Shown: piece by piece, positions 29,580 through 39,638 of the stretch
Layout of the letters: every line of letters starts with the position of its first letter
Numbering within the stretch: position 1 is the stretch's first letter
NCBI GenBank assembly: GCA_000991405.1
Contig: LBRL01000001.1
Location: 145,547 to 209,546, forward strand
Source of the DNA: Candidatus Nomurabacteria bacterium GW2011_GWD2_36_14
Lineage (GTDB): Bacteria; Patescibacteriota; Minisyncoccia; Phycocordibacterales; UBA9973
DNA: 64,000 nucleotides
Direction of reading: 5' to 3'
Notes under the pieces: generated by a model
Databases searched by the model: none
The model's input: the letters and a program-made list of their open reading frames with translations, nothing else
What the model was told of the DNA's origin: nothing
Program-made: the position numbers and the translations under genes

Positions 29580-30689
29580 CTAGGTTGTCTTCTTTTGGAA
29601 CTTTGAAATATTGAGGACTATGCCCATTAGACCTATATCTAGGAGGAGTGCGGTACCACCGTGCGACATGAAGACGAGAGGTACACCAGTCAGTGGAAAG
29701 ACTCCAATGATAGATGCTATGTTCATGAAGGATTGGGCAGTGATGATAGTGATAATTCCAATAACAAAAAGTTTAGAGAATGAGTCTGGGGCATAGTGAG
29801 CAATACGATATCCACGCAAAGCGAAAGCCACATACAAGCAGACAATAATAGCAGAACCAATAAATCCGACTTCTTCCCCAACCACTGCAAAGATAGAGTC
29901 CCCTTGTGGCTCTGGCAAATAGTTAAACTTCTGAATACTCTGCCCCAAGCCTCTACCAGCTATACCTCCTGATCCTACAGCTATGAGTGACTGCTGAATC
30001 TGATAAGAGGAGGTACTTCCATTGGCACTTGGATTTATGAAAGTATTAATTCTACTTCTCAGATAAGGAGTCGTAAGAGCAAGAATTATGAAGGCCATAA
30101 CAGCAACTAAGAATAATCCTAAAATATATTTCCAAGGAGTACCTGATATAAAAAGCATTACAAGTCCTGTGACTGTAATAAGTATTAGACTCTTGGTGTC
30201 CGGTTGTCTAATAAGGACAGCAGAAATAACTCCAAGCAATACGATTAGAGGAAGTAGTGTAAAACGAAAGTCTTGTACTCTGCCTTTGACCCAAGAGAGC
30301 CAAGCAGCAAAATAAATAACGAATCCAATTTTCAAGAATTCAACTGGCTGTAATGATACTCCGAAGAATTCTATCCATCTTCTCGATCCTCCGTGAGCCA
30401 TGCCGAGTCCTGGTACGAAGACCAAGGTTGTAGCTATGATGGAGACAATGAAGAGAGGCAGTGAATACTGTCGCCAGAATTTATATGGAATCTTCAGTCC
30501 AAAATAAAATGCGACAAGCCCACCAATGAGTCCAAAGATTAATTGATTGAAAATGACGGCGTAGAACTTGGATTCATTTTTGTTCAATATTCCAAGCGAT
30601 GCGGAAATAAACATAACCACTCCAATTAAAATAAGTGAGAGAACTATACCAAAAAAAATTCTATCTATTTTATTACTATTAGATGCCAT
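29580..30689 (-). CDS. ftsW: SEDS-family peptidoglycan polymerase (FtsW/RodA), FtsW by context
   Basis: 10-TM SEDS pattern, between mraY and murG. Confidence 0.75.
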   Translation of the reverse strand: MASNSNKIDRIFFGIVLSLILIGVVMFISASLGILNKNESKFYAVIFNQLIFGLIGGLVAFYFGLKIPYKFWRQYSLPLFIVSIIATTLVFVPGLGMAHGGSRRWIEFFGVSLQPVEFLKIGFVIYFAAWLSWVKGRVQDFRFTLLPLIVLLGVISAVLIRQPDTKSLILITVTGLVMLFISGTPWKYILGLFLVAVMAFIILALTTPYLRSRINTFINPSANGSTSSYQIQQSLIAVGSGGIAGRGLGQSIQKFNYLPEPQGDSIFAVVGEEVGFIGSAIIVCLYVAFALRGYRIAHYAPDSFSKLFVIGIITIITAQSFMNIASIIGVFPLTGVPLVFMSHGGTALLLDIGLMGIVLNISKFQKKTT

Positions 30690-30702
30690 ATTGCCCTCTC
30701 TA

Positions 30703-31761
30703 TTAACTTATAATCGAAATGATAACTCCGAGAATAGCTGTGATGATACTTACAATCCAGTAACGCATTGTGACTTTGTATTTAGGCCAGCCGAGAGCTT
30801 CAAAATGGTGGTGAAGTGGTGCAAAAAGGAAAACCTTCTTGCCATTGCGAAGTTTGCGGGAGCCTATCTGGATGACATTTGAAAGAGATGTAATGAAAAG
30901 TGGAAATGCAATTATAGGTAGTAGTAGAACTGTATGCGTTAGGAAAGCAATGACCGAGAGAGTTACAGTGAGCCCTATCATGCCCGTCTCTCCCATATAG
31001 AATCTGGCAGGAGGAATGTTGAACCAGAGGAATGCAAGTGTACCACCAGTAATAACAGCACAGAAGGTGGCTAGTTCAACTTGATTATTGAAAAATGCAA
31101 TAAGTGTATAAGCAGTAAATATAGAAGCTAGAACTCCACCAGAGAGTCCATCTACTCCATCTATAACACTAGATGACCACAAAGATATCATGACAAGAAT
31201 GAAGAATGGAATAAATAAATATCCAAGATTTACAAATCCATACCAAGGAATATAGATACTAGAATATCCAAGCTTCACATAAAACCACATACCGATGATA
31301 ATTCCTAGAGACAGTATAATTCCAATCTTGATGTACCTTAGTACCATGGGATCGGTCGTCCACTTTCCCTTTCCAAATATTTGCAGGAAGTCGTCTCCTA
31401 GTCCTATCAGTGAGGCCACTATTAAAGTGAAGAATGGCAGAAGCGTCTGACTACGACTGATAAAGTACATCTTGTTTGATAATTCACTTACAAATAAATA
31501 ATCCAGAAGACTTACGACCGCCAGCGTCAAGATAACTGAAATCCAGATAATCATACCACCAGTTCGAGGAGTAGAAACTTCAGCATTGTGATCGTGGATT
31601 TTATTGAAAACATTATTTGAATTTTCAGGTAGGTTGTTGTCTCTGGAAATTCTGCGCCACATTCTGTACTTGTAAAAGTAGTGTGTAGCTATAGGAGTCA
31701 GTATTATACCTACAATGAAGCTGATAACAGCCGGCAAGAAAATTTTGATAGCGTTAGTCAT
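30703..31761 (-). CDS. mraY: Phospho-N-acetylmuramoyl-pentapeptide transferase
   Basis: GT4 polytopic protein with the DDxxD-like motif GDDFLQIFGK and a VIDGVDGLSGG signature. Confidence 0.85.
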   Translation of the reverse strand: MTNAIKIFLPAVISFIVGIILTPIATHYFYKYRMWRRISRDNNLPENSNNVFNKIHDHNAEVSTPRTGGMIIWISVILTLAVVSLLDYLFVSELSNKMYFISRSQTLLPFFTLIVASLIGLGDDFLQIFGKGKWTTDPMVLRYIKIGIILSLGIIIGMWFYVKLGYSSIYIPWYGFVNLGYLFIPFFILVMISLWSSSVIDGVDGLSGGVLASIFTAYTLIAFFNNQVELATFCAVITGGTLAFLWFNIPPARFYMGETGMIGLTVTLSVIAFLTHTVLLLPIIAFPLFITSLSNVIQIGSRKLRNGKKVFLFAPLHHHFEALGWPKYKVTMRYWIVSIITAILGVIISIIS

Positions 31762-32302
31762 TGGTATTTTCGTTTTGATTTATAACACCTGATAAGGAAG
31801 CCACTACCTCTCTATAATTTGGAAGTTCTGTAATGGAAGTGACATTCATATAAGAGAGAGTTTCGAATGTAGGACGATAAAGTAATCTTCTACTGTCCTT
31901 ACTATCTACTACCTTCTCTATGAGTCCACGCACAAGTAAATTGCGAAGTATGAAGCTTGAATTCACTCCACGAATATAGTCGATCTCGCTTCGAGATACG
32001 CCATTTTTGTATAGAATGATAGACAGAGTCTCGAGAGTTGCCTTGGAAAGTTCCTTGGTAATTTCTTCTTTGCGGATTGATTCTATCAAGCTTGAAAGCT
32101 CGCCTGTAATACCTAGTACGACTCTATCATCCTTGCGTACAAGTACTAGTCCACGACCAGTCAGAGACTGCTCTAGCTTACCCAAGGCTTCATTTATTTC
32201 TTCTTCGCTCACATTCAGAAGTTCTGCCAACTTCTTGATAGAGACATCTTCCCCTTTATAGAAAAGCAAACCTTCAATTTTTGATTCTAAATTAATTTCC
32301 AT
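31754..32302 (-). CDS. scpB: Segregation and condensation protein B
   Basis: Tandem winged-helix ScpB pattern (EGLLFYKGEDVSIKKLAELL...). Confidence 0.8.
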   Translation of the reverse strand: MEINLESKIEGLLFYKGEDVSIKKLAELLNVSEEEINEALGKLEQSLTGRGLVLVRKDDRVVLGITGELSSLIESIRKEEITKELSKATLETLSIILYKNGVSRSEIDYIRGVNSSFILRNLLVRGLIEKVVDSKDSRRLLYRPTFETLSYMNVTSITELPNYREVVASLSGVINQNENTND

Positions 32303-33053
32303 AATTTTCTTGTTTATTTATATTAATATCACCATAAGTTGCATTCTGTATTACATCTATCAATCCTTCTCTTACCAATTCTAACATAGCGAGAAAAGAA
32401 ACGATAACGTGCACCTTGGCCTCCTCAGCATCTCCTGCCCCATGACTTTTAGAAAATTCTCGGAATGAAAGGTTCATGGCTGTCTGTATGCGACTCGTCA
32501 GACTATTGATAACTTCATCGATATTTATAATCTTCTTCACTTCAACTTCTGGCAACTTGGCCTCTTTCTTGGGAACTTCTGCGAGGACGTCTGCTATGGA
32601 CTTGGCAATGTTGGCTACTGTGATAAGTGGATCTGGAGCAAATATTGGCTCACTCCAGATACGATCAGTAGGTGTAAATATAATCTTTGCTCCGAAATTT
32701 GCCTTAATATCAATTCCAGCATTTTTGATAATCTGGTAAAGTCGTAGTCTTGCCTCAAGATCTACTATCTTTTCATTTTCATCTTCAGTCAAAGCCAGAT
32801 TGGGAAGTAAAGACTTAGACTTGATCAATATCAAAGTTGCCGCTATTAGTACAAAGTATGATACATCATTTATGTTTCTACTTTCTTCACTTAAAGACTT
32901 CACATAAGCTATGTAGTCGTTGGTCACATCTCCCAGTGATATTTCATTCACAAAAAGCTTCCGAGCCTCTATAAGCGAAAGCAATACATCAAGTGGCCCC
33001 TCAAAGGTCCCCGCCCGAACTTTATAGGTAGATGTGATACCTTCCGTCTCCAT
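32292..33053 (-). CDS. scpA: Segregation and condensation protein A
   Basis: Kleisin-like, directly upstream of and overlapping scpB. Confidence 0.7.
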   Translation of the reverse strand: METEGITSTYKVRAGTFEGPLDVLLSLIEARKLFVNEISLGDVTNDYIAYVKSLSEESRNINDVSYFVLIAATLILIKSKSLLPNLALTEDENEKIVDLEARLRLYQIIKNAGIDIKANFGAKIIFTPTDRIWSEPIFAPDPLITVANIAKSIADVLAEVPKKEAKLPEVEVKKIINIDEVINSLTSRIQTAMNLSFREFSKSHGAGDAEEAKVHVIVSFLAMLELVREGLIDVIQNATYGDININKQENYGN

Positions 33054-33054
33054 A

Positions 33055-34470
33055 TTACTTTTTAATTATATTGATACCAAGTTCTTTAAGTTGCTTTTCT
33101 GATACAACAGATGGTGATTCCATCATTAAATCTTTGCCTTCTCCTGTTTTAGGGAAAGCAATAACTTCACGAATATTTGGTTCATTTTCAAGAAGCATTA
33201 TAAGTCTATCGAACCCCCAAGCTATACCACCATGAGGAGGTGTACCTGTTTGGAAAGCATTCAACATATGACCAAAATTCCTATCAATATCTTCATCTTT
33301 ATGACCAATAATATTTAAGACCTTGCGCAAAGTTTCTGCTTCATGAGCTCTTATACTTCCACCGCCGATTTCATAACCATTCAAGGTTATGTCGTACTGA
33401 GTCGTAAGAATATCTCCCAACTTTTCCCCTTCTAAAAGCCACTGTTTGTGATCCTTAATTGGTTCAGAAAATGGATTGTGAGTAAACGTCCATTCTCCTT
33501 CTGTGTTTGGATTATCAGACTTATCAGTTCTTTCAAAAAATGGAAAATCTACAACCCAACAAAAAGCAAGCAAATCTGGATCATTTTTATCATTACGTAT
33601 ATCTGGACGATCATTGCCATACTTTTCTATTGCATCTTTATATGAAATTCTAGGAAAAGGAATTTCTTGAATTTTTTTATGTGGATATAAATTGGAGACT
33701 AACTCAATTAAAAGTTTCTCATTCACAGCCATTACATCTTCTTTCTTTACAAAACTCATTTCCATATCGAGTTGAGTAAATTCAGGCTGTCTGTCACCTC
33801 GAGTATCTTCATCTCTCATACATCTAGCAATTTGGAAATATTTTTCCATTCCTGATGCCATAAGTAATTGCTTGTATTGTTGAGGAGATTGTGGAAGTGC
33901 GTAAAATGTACCCTTATAAAGTCTTGAAGGTACAATATAATCTCTGGCTCCTTCTGGAGTAGACTTGGTTAATATTGGAGTCTCTATTTCTATGAAATTT
34001 TCTTTATCCAAAAAGTCACGAACAAATTTTGCTATTTTGTGACGGTTACGAATATTCTTTTGCATTCTAGGTCTTCTTAGATCTAAGTAACGATAAGTAA
34101 GTCTAGATTCTTCATTAATTTCTTTCCCATCAGAAGTTACATCGAAATTAGGAGTCTTAGCTTTATTTAAGATCTCAATATCTGTTATTTCAAGTTCAAT
34201 ATCACCATTTAGAACTCCTTCTTTTATATTTCTCTCAGGGCGTTTATTCACTATGCCAGTTATAGAAAGTACCCACTCTGTACGCACTTCTTTGACTTGC
34301 TCCATGGCTTCTACATGGTTAGGCAAGACTACGCATTGTACCTTTCCAGTCATATCTCTCATGTCCATGAATACCATCTTCCCTTGATCGCGACGTACAT
34401 CTACCCAGCCAGAAATGGAGACAGTGGAACCGATAAAATCTTTTAAATCTTTAATATAAGTACGTTGCAT
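33055..34470 (-). CDS. aspS: Aspartyl-tRNA synthetase, short (archaeal/non-discriminating-type) form
   Basis: Class II motifs FYALPQSPQQYKQLLM, FQIARCMRDEDTRGDRQPEFTQLDMEMSF, GGGSIRAH. At 471 aa it lacks the bacterial insertion domain. gatB is present in the window. Confidence 0.8.
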   Translation of the reverse strand: MQRTYIKDLKDFIGSTVSISGWVDVRRDQGKMVFMDMRDMTGKVQCVVLPNHVEAMEQVKEVRTEWVLSITGIVNKRPERNIKEGVLNGDIELEITDIEILNKAKTPNFDVTSDGKEINEESRLTYRYLDLRRPRMQKNIRNRHKIAKFVRDFLDKENFIEIETPILTKSTPEGARDYIVPSRLYKGTFYALPQSPQQYKQLLMASGMEKYFQIARCMRDEDTRGDRQPEFTQLDMEMSFVKKEDVMAVNEKLLIELVSNLYPHKKIQEIPFPRISYKDAIEKYGNDRPDIRNDKNDPDLLAFCWVVDFPFFERTDKSDNPNTEGEWTFTHNPFSEPIKDHKQWLLEGEKLGDILTTQYDITLNGYEIGGGSIRAHEAETLRKVLNIIGHKDEDIDRNFGHMLNAFQTGTPPHGGIAWGFDRLIMLLENEPNIREVIAFPKTGEGKDLMMESPSVVSEKQLKELGINIIKK

Positions 34471-34505
34471 ATGTTTAAATAAGTGATAATTTGATAATAA
34501 AATAA

Positions 34506-34721
34506 TTAATGTATATCCCTAGCTATGATGAATTCATACGGCACAGAAATGATGAAAGTGATGGCTACGATAATCCAGTAGAATGGAGTGAATAGATACC
34601 AGATGATTATATCCTTCTTCTTTTCTGCAAAGTACCATTTCTGGACTTTTGTATGGACAATATTCACCGGCCAATAAATAATACCGAACGCTATTGTAAA
34701 TAAAATTCTGATATATTTCAT
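34506..34721 (-). CDS. Small two-TM protein, unknown function
   Basis: 71 aa, overlaps the trpS stop by 4 nt (translational coupling). Confidence 0.4.
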   Translation of the reverse strand: MKYIRILFTIAFGIIYWPVNIVHTKVQKWYFAEKKKDIIIWYLFTPFYWIIVAITFIISVPYEFIIARDIH

Positions 34722-35689
34722 AAATTTACTCCTACATTATTTCTAATAAGTTGCATTTTTGCATTAATATTATTTTTAGCTTTTTCGCCTCCCTCTTTCA
34801 AAATACTTTTAACTTCATCTATATTTTTCTCATAATATTCTCTATTTTCACGCATAGGTTTTATAAAAGAAACAATTTCTTCATAAAGCATATCTTTAGA
34901 TTCTTTGTATCCTAGTCCACCATCTTTATATCTTTTCTTCAAGTTTTCAAGTTCTTCTCCTTTCAAGAAAAGTTTATGAAGAGCGAAGATGTTGCACTCT
35001 TCGGGATTCTTAGGTTCAGATGGACTCTTCGAATCTGTTACTATACTCATGACAGCTTTTCTGATTTGCTCGTCTGTACCGAAAAGTGGAATTATGTTGC
35101 CATAGCTTTTACTCATCTTCCGACCATCTGTCCCTGGTACGATAGCAACTTCTTTCATTATTACAGGTTCTGGAAGTTTAAAAGTCTCTCCATAAATATT
35201 GTTAAACTTTATTGCTGTATCACGAGCATATTCTATGTGTTGCTTTTGATCTGAACCCACAGGTACAACGTCGGCATCTTGTATTAAAATATCGGCAGAC
35301 ATAAGGATAGGATAGTCGAAAAGTCCAACGTTTACTTCTTTGGCTTTCATTCCTGCATCTTTATATGCAGTAGCACGCTCTAGGTATGGCATTGTGGTAA
35401 TGCAATTAAAGTACCAAGCAAGCTCTGCTACTTCAGGAATATCTGATTGTTTGAAAAGGCATACTTTCTTTGGATCAAGTCCGCAAGCCAGGTAATCCAT
35501 AGCCACACTTAATATATTGGACGATAAAGTACTCTTGTTTTGTACTGTCGTGATGGCGTGCAGGTCTGCTATAAAGATAGAGGAATCGTACTGATCTTGA
35601 AAGTCGACAAACTGCTTGATAGCTCCAAAATAGTTACCAATATGTATAGTTCCTGATGGCTGTATGCCAGATAATAAACGTTTTTTCAT
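34718..35689 (-). CDS. trpS: Tryptophanyl-tRNA synthetase
   Basis: LSGIQPSGTIHIGNYFGA (HIGH) and KMSKS. Confidence 0.85.
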   Translation of the reverse strand: MKKRLLSGIQPSGTIHIGNYFGAIKQFVDFQDQYDSSIFIADLHAITTVQNKSTLSSNILSVAMDYLACGLDPKKVCLFKQSDIPEVAELAWYFNCITTMPYLERATAYKDAGMKAKEVNVGLFDYPILMSADILIQDADVVPVGSDQKQHIEYARDTAIKFNNIYGETFKLPEPVIMKEVAIVPGTDGRKMSKSYGNIIPLFGTDEQIRKAVMSIVTDSKSPSEPKNPEECNIFALHKLFLKGEELENLKKRYKDGGLGYKESKDMLYEEIVSFIKPMRENREYYEKNIDEVKSILKEGGEKAKNNINAKMQLIRNNVGVNL

Positions 35690-35794
35690 ATACCCTATAT
35701 AATATCAAAAATATGAAAGTTTTGCACATATTAGTAACACACTTATCCTGAAAAGTAATTTGGTACTATCAATCCGAACTGATACAATGACAAA

Positions 35795-37189
35795 ATGGCA
35801 TCAAACAATAAATCAAACATCCGTATCCCTCCACAAAGTATCGATGGAGAAAAGGCCGTCTTGGGTTCTATAATGCTCCGCCCATCTGCAATACATGAAA
35901 TCAACGATATAGTAAATGAAAGCTCTTTCTACGTCGCCAAGCATGCCAATATTTACAAAATAATGCTGGAGCTTTCTAGTAAAGGCGACCCTATTGACCT
36001 CCTAACAGTCTCCCAGAAATTAAAAGAGAAAGGAATGCTAGACTCTGTAGGTGGCAACAGCTACCTGACTGAGCTTAGCAACTCTGTCCCCGCTTCGACC
36101 AATATTAAATATTATGCAGACATAGTCTCTCAGAAGCATCTATTGAGGAAAATAGTTGATGCTGGTTCTGATATATCTGAAATGGGATTCAAAGAAGAAG
36201 TAGAAAATGTATTTGAAGTTCTAGATCAGGCCGAGAAGAGAATGATGGGTATCAACAACAATATGTCCGGACACGCCTTCGCCTCTTTGAAGGATAGCTT
36301 GCCTGAAGCGTGGGAGCGCTTGGAGAAGCTTCATGAGAGTAAGGGGGAGCTTCGTGGAGTACCGACAGGCTTTCATGATCTTGATCAATACCTTTCTGGA
36401 CTTCAGAAGTCCGACCTTATCATCCTTGCTGCTCGTCCTTCTATGGGTAAAACGACCTTAGCTCTCGACATCGCTCGCCAAGCTGCTATGAATCACGGCA
36501 CACCTACTGTCATCTTCTCGCTTGAAATGAGTACTCAGCAACTCGTCGACAGAATGCTAGCCGCTCAGTCACGCGTTAATGCTTGGAATCTACGTACTGG
36601 TAACCTTACAGCTGAAAGTGAGTTTGCTAAAATCCGCGACTCTCTCGATAGTTTATCGAAGGCTCCTATCTTCGTAGACGACATGGCTGGTAACTCTATT
36701 GTTCGTATGCGTTCCGTCTGTCGTCGTATCAGAGCTGAGCATGGTATAGGACTTATCATAGTCGACTACTTACAGCTGATGTCGACTTCAAAGAATTACG
36801 ACAACATGGTGAACCAAGTTACAGAGATATCTCGTTCGCTCAAATCACTTGCGAAAGAATTTGACGTACCAGTCCTTGCGCTCTCACAGCTTTCTCGTGC
36901 TGTGGAGTCTCGTGGAGGACGTCCTCGCCTTTCTGACCTTCGTGATTCAGGATCCATTGAGCAGGATGCCGACATCGTGATGTTCATACATAGAGAAGAT
37001 AAAGGTAAAGATGAAAGTGAGAAGACAAACATCGCCGAAATACTTATCGAGAAGCACCGTAATGGACCAGTCGGTAAGGTTGACCTTTACTTCGATGAGA
37101 AGACAACAACTTTCGTATCTATTGATAAAACGGGTGGACATCAATTTGCTCCATCTGGTAACACAGGTGGTGGAATGGATCAATTTTAG
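35795..37189 (+). CDS. dnaB: Replicative DNA helicase
   Basis: IILAARPSMGKTTLALDIARQAA Walker A, SLEMS, RecA-like C-domain. Confidence 0.9.
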   Translation: MASNNKSNIRIPPQSIDGEKAVLGSIMLRPSAIHEINDIVNESSFYVAKHANIYKIMLELSSKGDPIDLLTVSQKLKEKGMLDSVGGNSYLTELSNSVPASTNIKYYADIVSQKHLLRKIVDAGSDISEMGFKEEVENVFEVLDQAEKRMMGINNNMSGHAFASLKDSLPEAWERLEKLHESKGELRGVPTGFHDLDQYLSGLQKSDLIILAARPSMGKTTLALDIARQAAMNHGTPTVIFSLEMSTQQLVDRMLAAQSRVNAWNLRTGNLTAESEFAKIRDSLDSLSKAPIFVDDMAGNSIVRMRSVCRRIRAEHGIGLIIVDYLQLMSTSKNYDNMVNQVTEISRSLKSLAKEFDVPVLALSQLSRAVESRGGRPRLSDLRDSGSIEQDADIVMFIHREDKGKDESEKTNIAEILIEKHRNGPVGKVDLYFDEKTTTFVSIDKTGGHQFAPSGNTGGGMDQF

Positions 37190-37280
37190 TCCCGTACGAA
37201 ATTTACGTGATATTAAAATAAATAATAAATATATTAAACAATAATTAATAATAAAATAAAAAGAAAAAATAATTTTTATT

Positions 37281-37904
37281 TTGTACGGGATGAATCCAAT
37301 AGAAAAACTTACAGAATATTTTAAGGAATTCCCAGGGATTGGCGAAAGGCAAGCCAAGCGTTTTGTGTATTTTCTGCTTCACAAGAATCCCACTTATGTG
37401 AAAGAGCTTGGAGACAAAGTTCTTGACTTGAAGAATACTATTCACCAGTGCCCATCATGCTTCCTATTCTTCCAATCCACGCAAGACCAACTTTGCGACG
37501 TATGTAGCAATCCAAAGACTGACAAGTCTTCCCTTCTAATAGTTGAGAAAGATGCAGATTATGAGAATATAAAAAGAAGTAAAAATTATAGTGGTATGTA
37601 CTTTATACTTGGCGGACTTGTACCAATAGTTACAAAGGATACTCCAACTTTCGTCCGCACGAAGGAATTACTTCGAAATATTGAGAAGCAAGCCAAAGAC
37701 CACAGTCTCAAAGAAGTTATCCTTGCCCTCTCTCTCAACCCTCAAGGTGAACACACTGACATGTACTTACGCGAAATACTCGACACACTAGAGAAAACTT
37801 ACAAATTCAAAATAGTCTCCCTCGGCCGTGGCCTTTCCACCGGCACCGAACTCGAATACTCCGACTCCGAAACAATCAAAAATGCATTAAGAAATAGAGC
37901 ATAA
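37281..37904 (+). CDS. recR: Recombination protein RecR
   Basis: HhH FPGIGERQAKRF, C4 zinc finger CPSC...CDVC, Toprim. Confidence 0.9.
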   Translation: MYGMNPIEKLTEYFKEFPGIGERQAKRFVYFLLHKNPTYVKELGDKVLDLKNTIHQCPSCFLFFQSTQDQLCDVCSNPKTDKSSLLIVEKDADYENIKRSKNYSGMYFILGGLVPIVTKDTPTFVRTKELLRNIEKQAKDHSLKEVILALSLNPQGEHTDMYLREILDTLEKTYKFKIVSLGRGLSTGTELEYSDSETIKNALRNRA

Positions 37905-37938
37905 AAAAATCACCGACTTGATGTTTCGGTGATTTTTT
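37905..37938 (+). terminator. Hairpin aaaaatcaccga-cttgatgttt-cggtgatttttt after recR
   Basis: 7-bp GC-containing stem followed by T6. Confidence 0.7.
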
Positions 37939-37958
37939 AGTTAATAAAAAAGGTTCAT

Positions 37959-38546
37959 TTAATAGAAAATTTTAGCGAGTCTACCAGACTTCTTGGCATC
38001 TTCAGTGATCTCTTTTGTAGAAATTTTTAGTTCTGGTGGAATAAGCATTGTATCCAATTCTTCTATTTGCTTTTTTATCTCTTCAATTGAAGAACCAGAT
38101 ATTTTTGATAGCTCCTCCATAAAGACATTTATGTCTCCAATATTCCCAAAAGCACTGATTTCATCTGCATCATCAATAACAGCAATAAGTCTAAGGGATG
38201 TAAATTGTTCCCCTTGTCCGCCATATTCACAAACATCAACTTCTTCTTGAAAAATAAGACGCATAAAATCAGAATAGAAATCAATCCTTTCAAAAGTGTG
38301 AAATGAAAAATGCTCTTCACCTTCCCATGAATAGAAAGTTAAAAGTTTCGTTCCTTTTTCCAGAGAAAGAATTTCTTTTAGATGTAAAGGATCTTTGTAG
38401 TCTAAATACCTTACATCTGTATGATTTTCATAAGGACAACTACACTCATCCCTGTAACCGCCAATACGCCATTCACTACCATCTTTTTCAAATGGCTGAT
38501 GCCAAACCTTGAAGGGTAAACATCTATAAATTCTAAATTTCTTCAT
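37959..38546 (-). CDS. Hypothetical protein (Cys/His/Trp-rich N-terminus, acidic middle)
   Basis: 195-aa ORF with no recognisable domain. Confidence 0.35.
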   Translation of the reverse strand: MKKFRIYRCLPFKVWHQPFEKDGSEWRIGGYRDECSCPYENHTDVRYLDYKDPLHLKEILSLEKGTKLLTFYSWEGEEHFSFHTFERIDFYSDFMRLIFQEEVDVCEYGGQGEQFTSLRLIAVIDDADEISAFGNIGDINVFMEELSKISGSSIEEIKKQIEELDTMLIPPELKISTKEITEDAKKSGRLAKIFY

Positions 38547-38628
38547 AACTTATAACATTTAGTTTTTGATTAAAAAAACAATTTTTTCTTCCACATTACA
38601 ACTTATGGATATATTAGTCAAATACAGA

Positions 38629-38668
38629 ACCAGCCCCGAAGCAAAGCTTCGGGGCTGGTGGTTTTTTA
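38629..38668. terminator. Hairpin accagccccgaag-caaa-gcttcggggctggt followed by T6
   Basis: 13-bp GC-rich stem immediately downstream of rplU (minus). The T-tract lies on the + side. Confidence 0.55.
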
Positions 38669-38675
38669 ACGAGTA

Positions 38676-39038
38676 TTATTTGATTGCGGAGATTTTGACT
38701 TCCATGAATGGTTGGCGGTGACCGTTCTTCTTCAAGTATCGGCTTTTTTGGAGGTATTTAACTACTTTGACTGTTTTGTGTTTACCAAGCTTAACGAAGA
38801 GGGACTCTACTGTAGCTCCTTTAATATAAGGGCTTCCGATAGTGGTATCTACGCCGTTGTCTACTAGAAGGACTTTATCAAAAGTTATTTTGTCTCCAAT
38901 TGCGAATTCTCCATCAAGCTTTTCAACCTTTAGGATGTCCCCAACTGCGACTTTGTACTGCTTGCCACCAGTAAGAATAACTGCAAATTCCTTGCTTTCT
39001 GCCTTCTTTTCTTTGATTGTTTTTTTAACTGTAGCCAT
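38676..39038 (-). CDS. rplU: 50S ribosomal protein L21
   Basis: FAVILTGGKQYKVAVGD...VKYLQKSRYLKKNGHRQPFMEVKI. Confidence 0.85.
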   Translation of the reverse strand: MATVKKTIKEKKAESKEFAVILTGGKQYKVAVGDILKVEKLDGEFAIGDKITFDKVLLVDNGVDTTIGSPYIKGATVESLFVKLGKHKTVKVVKYLQKSRYLKKNGHRQPFMEVKISAIK

Positions 39039-39143
39039 AATATTTATGTGTTATAGAAAGCCTTTAAATACATAGGTTTTCCACAGGACTCATAATACAC
39101 AAAAATTTTGAAAAAAGCAATAGGGGCTGTATACTAGAAGAAT

Positions 39144-39638
39144 ATGATTTCAAAATACAACCATAAAGAGCTCAATTGGATTGATTTGGAATCACCAAGG
39201 GAAGAAGAGATCGAGCACGCCTTTGGAGAGTACCCTATACCAAGTATTATAAAAGATAGAATCACCAGCAGTAGACGAGAGGACTTTGTGGATATCAATT
39301 ACGACTATATTTATATATCAGTTGCGGGCAAGCTAGTCTTCTTTGTAAATGACAACTTTTTCCTTTCTATTCACAACGAACCCATGCAAGCATTCAGCGA
39401 ATTCTCCAACGAAGTTGAGCTTGATGTGGTAGGGGGAGAAAAGATAAATAGCCACAGATTACTCCTAGCTTACTTAATCAAGAACATTCATTTGAATAAT
39501 CACAAAGATTTAATATCGAAGGTAAATGAAGTCCAGAATCTAAAAGAAGCCTTAAATAAAAACAAAAGAAAGATTAAAAGGCAAACAATCATTATCATTT
39601 CATTAATAATACTACTCATTATATTCATATGGCTTTAA
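39144..39638 (+). CDS. CorA N-terminal-domain-like protein with a single C-terminal TM helix (no GMN pore motif)
   Basis: [30 protein letters not shown]...DYIYISV resembles the CorA cytoplasmic funnel domain. The protein ends [18 protein letters not shown] and overlaps the cysS start by 10 nt. Confidence 0.4.
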   Translation: MISKYNHKELNWIDLESPREEEIEHAFGEYPIPSIIKDRITSSRREDFVDINYDYIYISVAGKLVFFVNDNFFLSIHNEPMQAFSEFSNEVELDVVGGEKINSHRLLLAYLIKNIHLNNHKDLISKVNEVQNLKEALNKNKRKIKRQTIIIISLIILLIIFIWL

